Positions 33,969 to 64,000 of a stretch of 64,000 nucleotides of DNA are shown piece after piece. The notes beneath the pieces are model-generated. The model was not told the DNA's origin, did no database searches, and was given only the letters and a program-made list of their open reading frames with translations. Each line of letters starts with the position of its first letter. The stretch's first letter is position 1. This DNA comes from Raillietiella orientalis (Eukaryota): the NCBI GenBank assembly GCA_036172245.1, contig JAYWIR010000045.1, forward strand, positions 868,001-932,000, written 5' to 3'. A program made the translations under genes and the position numbers.

Positions 33969-33974
33969 TTTATT
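33969..33974 (-). promoter_or_regulatory. Candidate polyadenylation signal for BRSK
   Basis: TTTATT on the plus strand, about 200 nt downstream of the predicted stop at 34171. Confidence 0.35.
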
Positions 33975-34170
33975 CCTTCCTCTTCTTTCCCTTCCCACTC
34001 CTTCCCCCTTCTCATCCTTTTCCGGTTCCTGCCTCTGGACTCTCGGAAGGGAAAGAGAAAGCAACGCCTTCCCGGTCTCCTCTTTTGAAGGGATGGAAGG
34101 AGGAGGCAGCGTCCGGGTCGCCGCTGCTCTGGCGACCGGGGGGTGGAGGGGGGTAAGGCACGGCTCGAGG

Positions 34171-63819
<29,649 letters not shown>

Positions 63820-64000
63820 CTAAAGACGGAAGAGATCAAAGTTATTCGCTAGTCGCCAAGAGGGATGACTACGCCCGCTCGCGACTGTTCCGGAAACCCC
63901 CAAGTGGACATCCTCGCGCGAGGATCGAACGGACGGGAGAGAGCGCGTTTCCAAGGTGCTGATCTTCCTTACTCCCGAGCATAAGAGCATGCCGTGAGGA

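Overview
Eukaryotic (animal, probably arthropod) genomic DNA with spliceosomal introns; no prokaryotic operons or CRISPR arrays. Three protein-coding genes were reconstructed exon by exon. RUVBL2/reptin (minus strand, 17088-20708) and TTLL1 tubulin polyglutamylase (plus strand, 20868-25749) are head-to-head with 159 bp between their start codons, inside an AT-rich, CpG-poor island (~15.7-28 kb). A BRSK/SAD-family kinase (minus strand, 34171 to beyond 63819; first exon outside the window) lies in GC-rich DNA with large introns. The GC-rich flanks and introns hold many decayed RTE-clade LINE relics, a four-copy SINE-like repeat with Pol III-type boxes, and a possible decayed myosin-rod-like sequence. 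The most notable structure is two nested inverted-repeat pairs bracketing kinase-domain exons of BRSK, one a 489-bp pair about 98% identical, which is a circRNA / exon-skipping / dsRNA-editing architecture. Homology calls come from by-eye comparison with remembered family sequences, not database searches. Most long ORFs in the supplied track are GC-driven artefacts.
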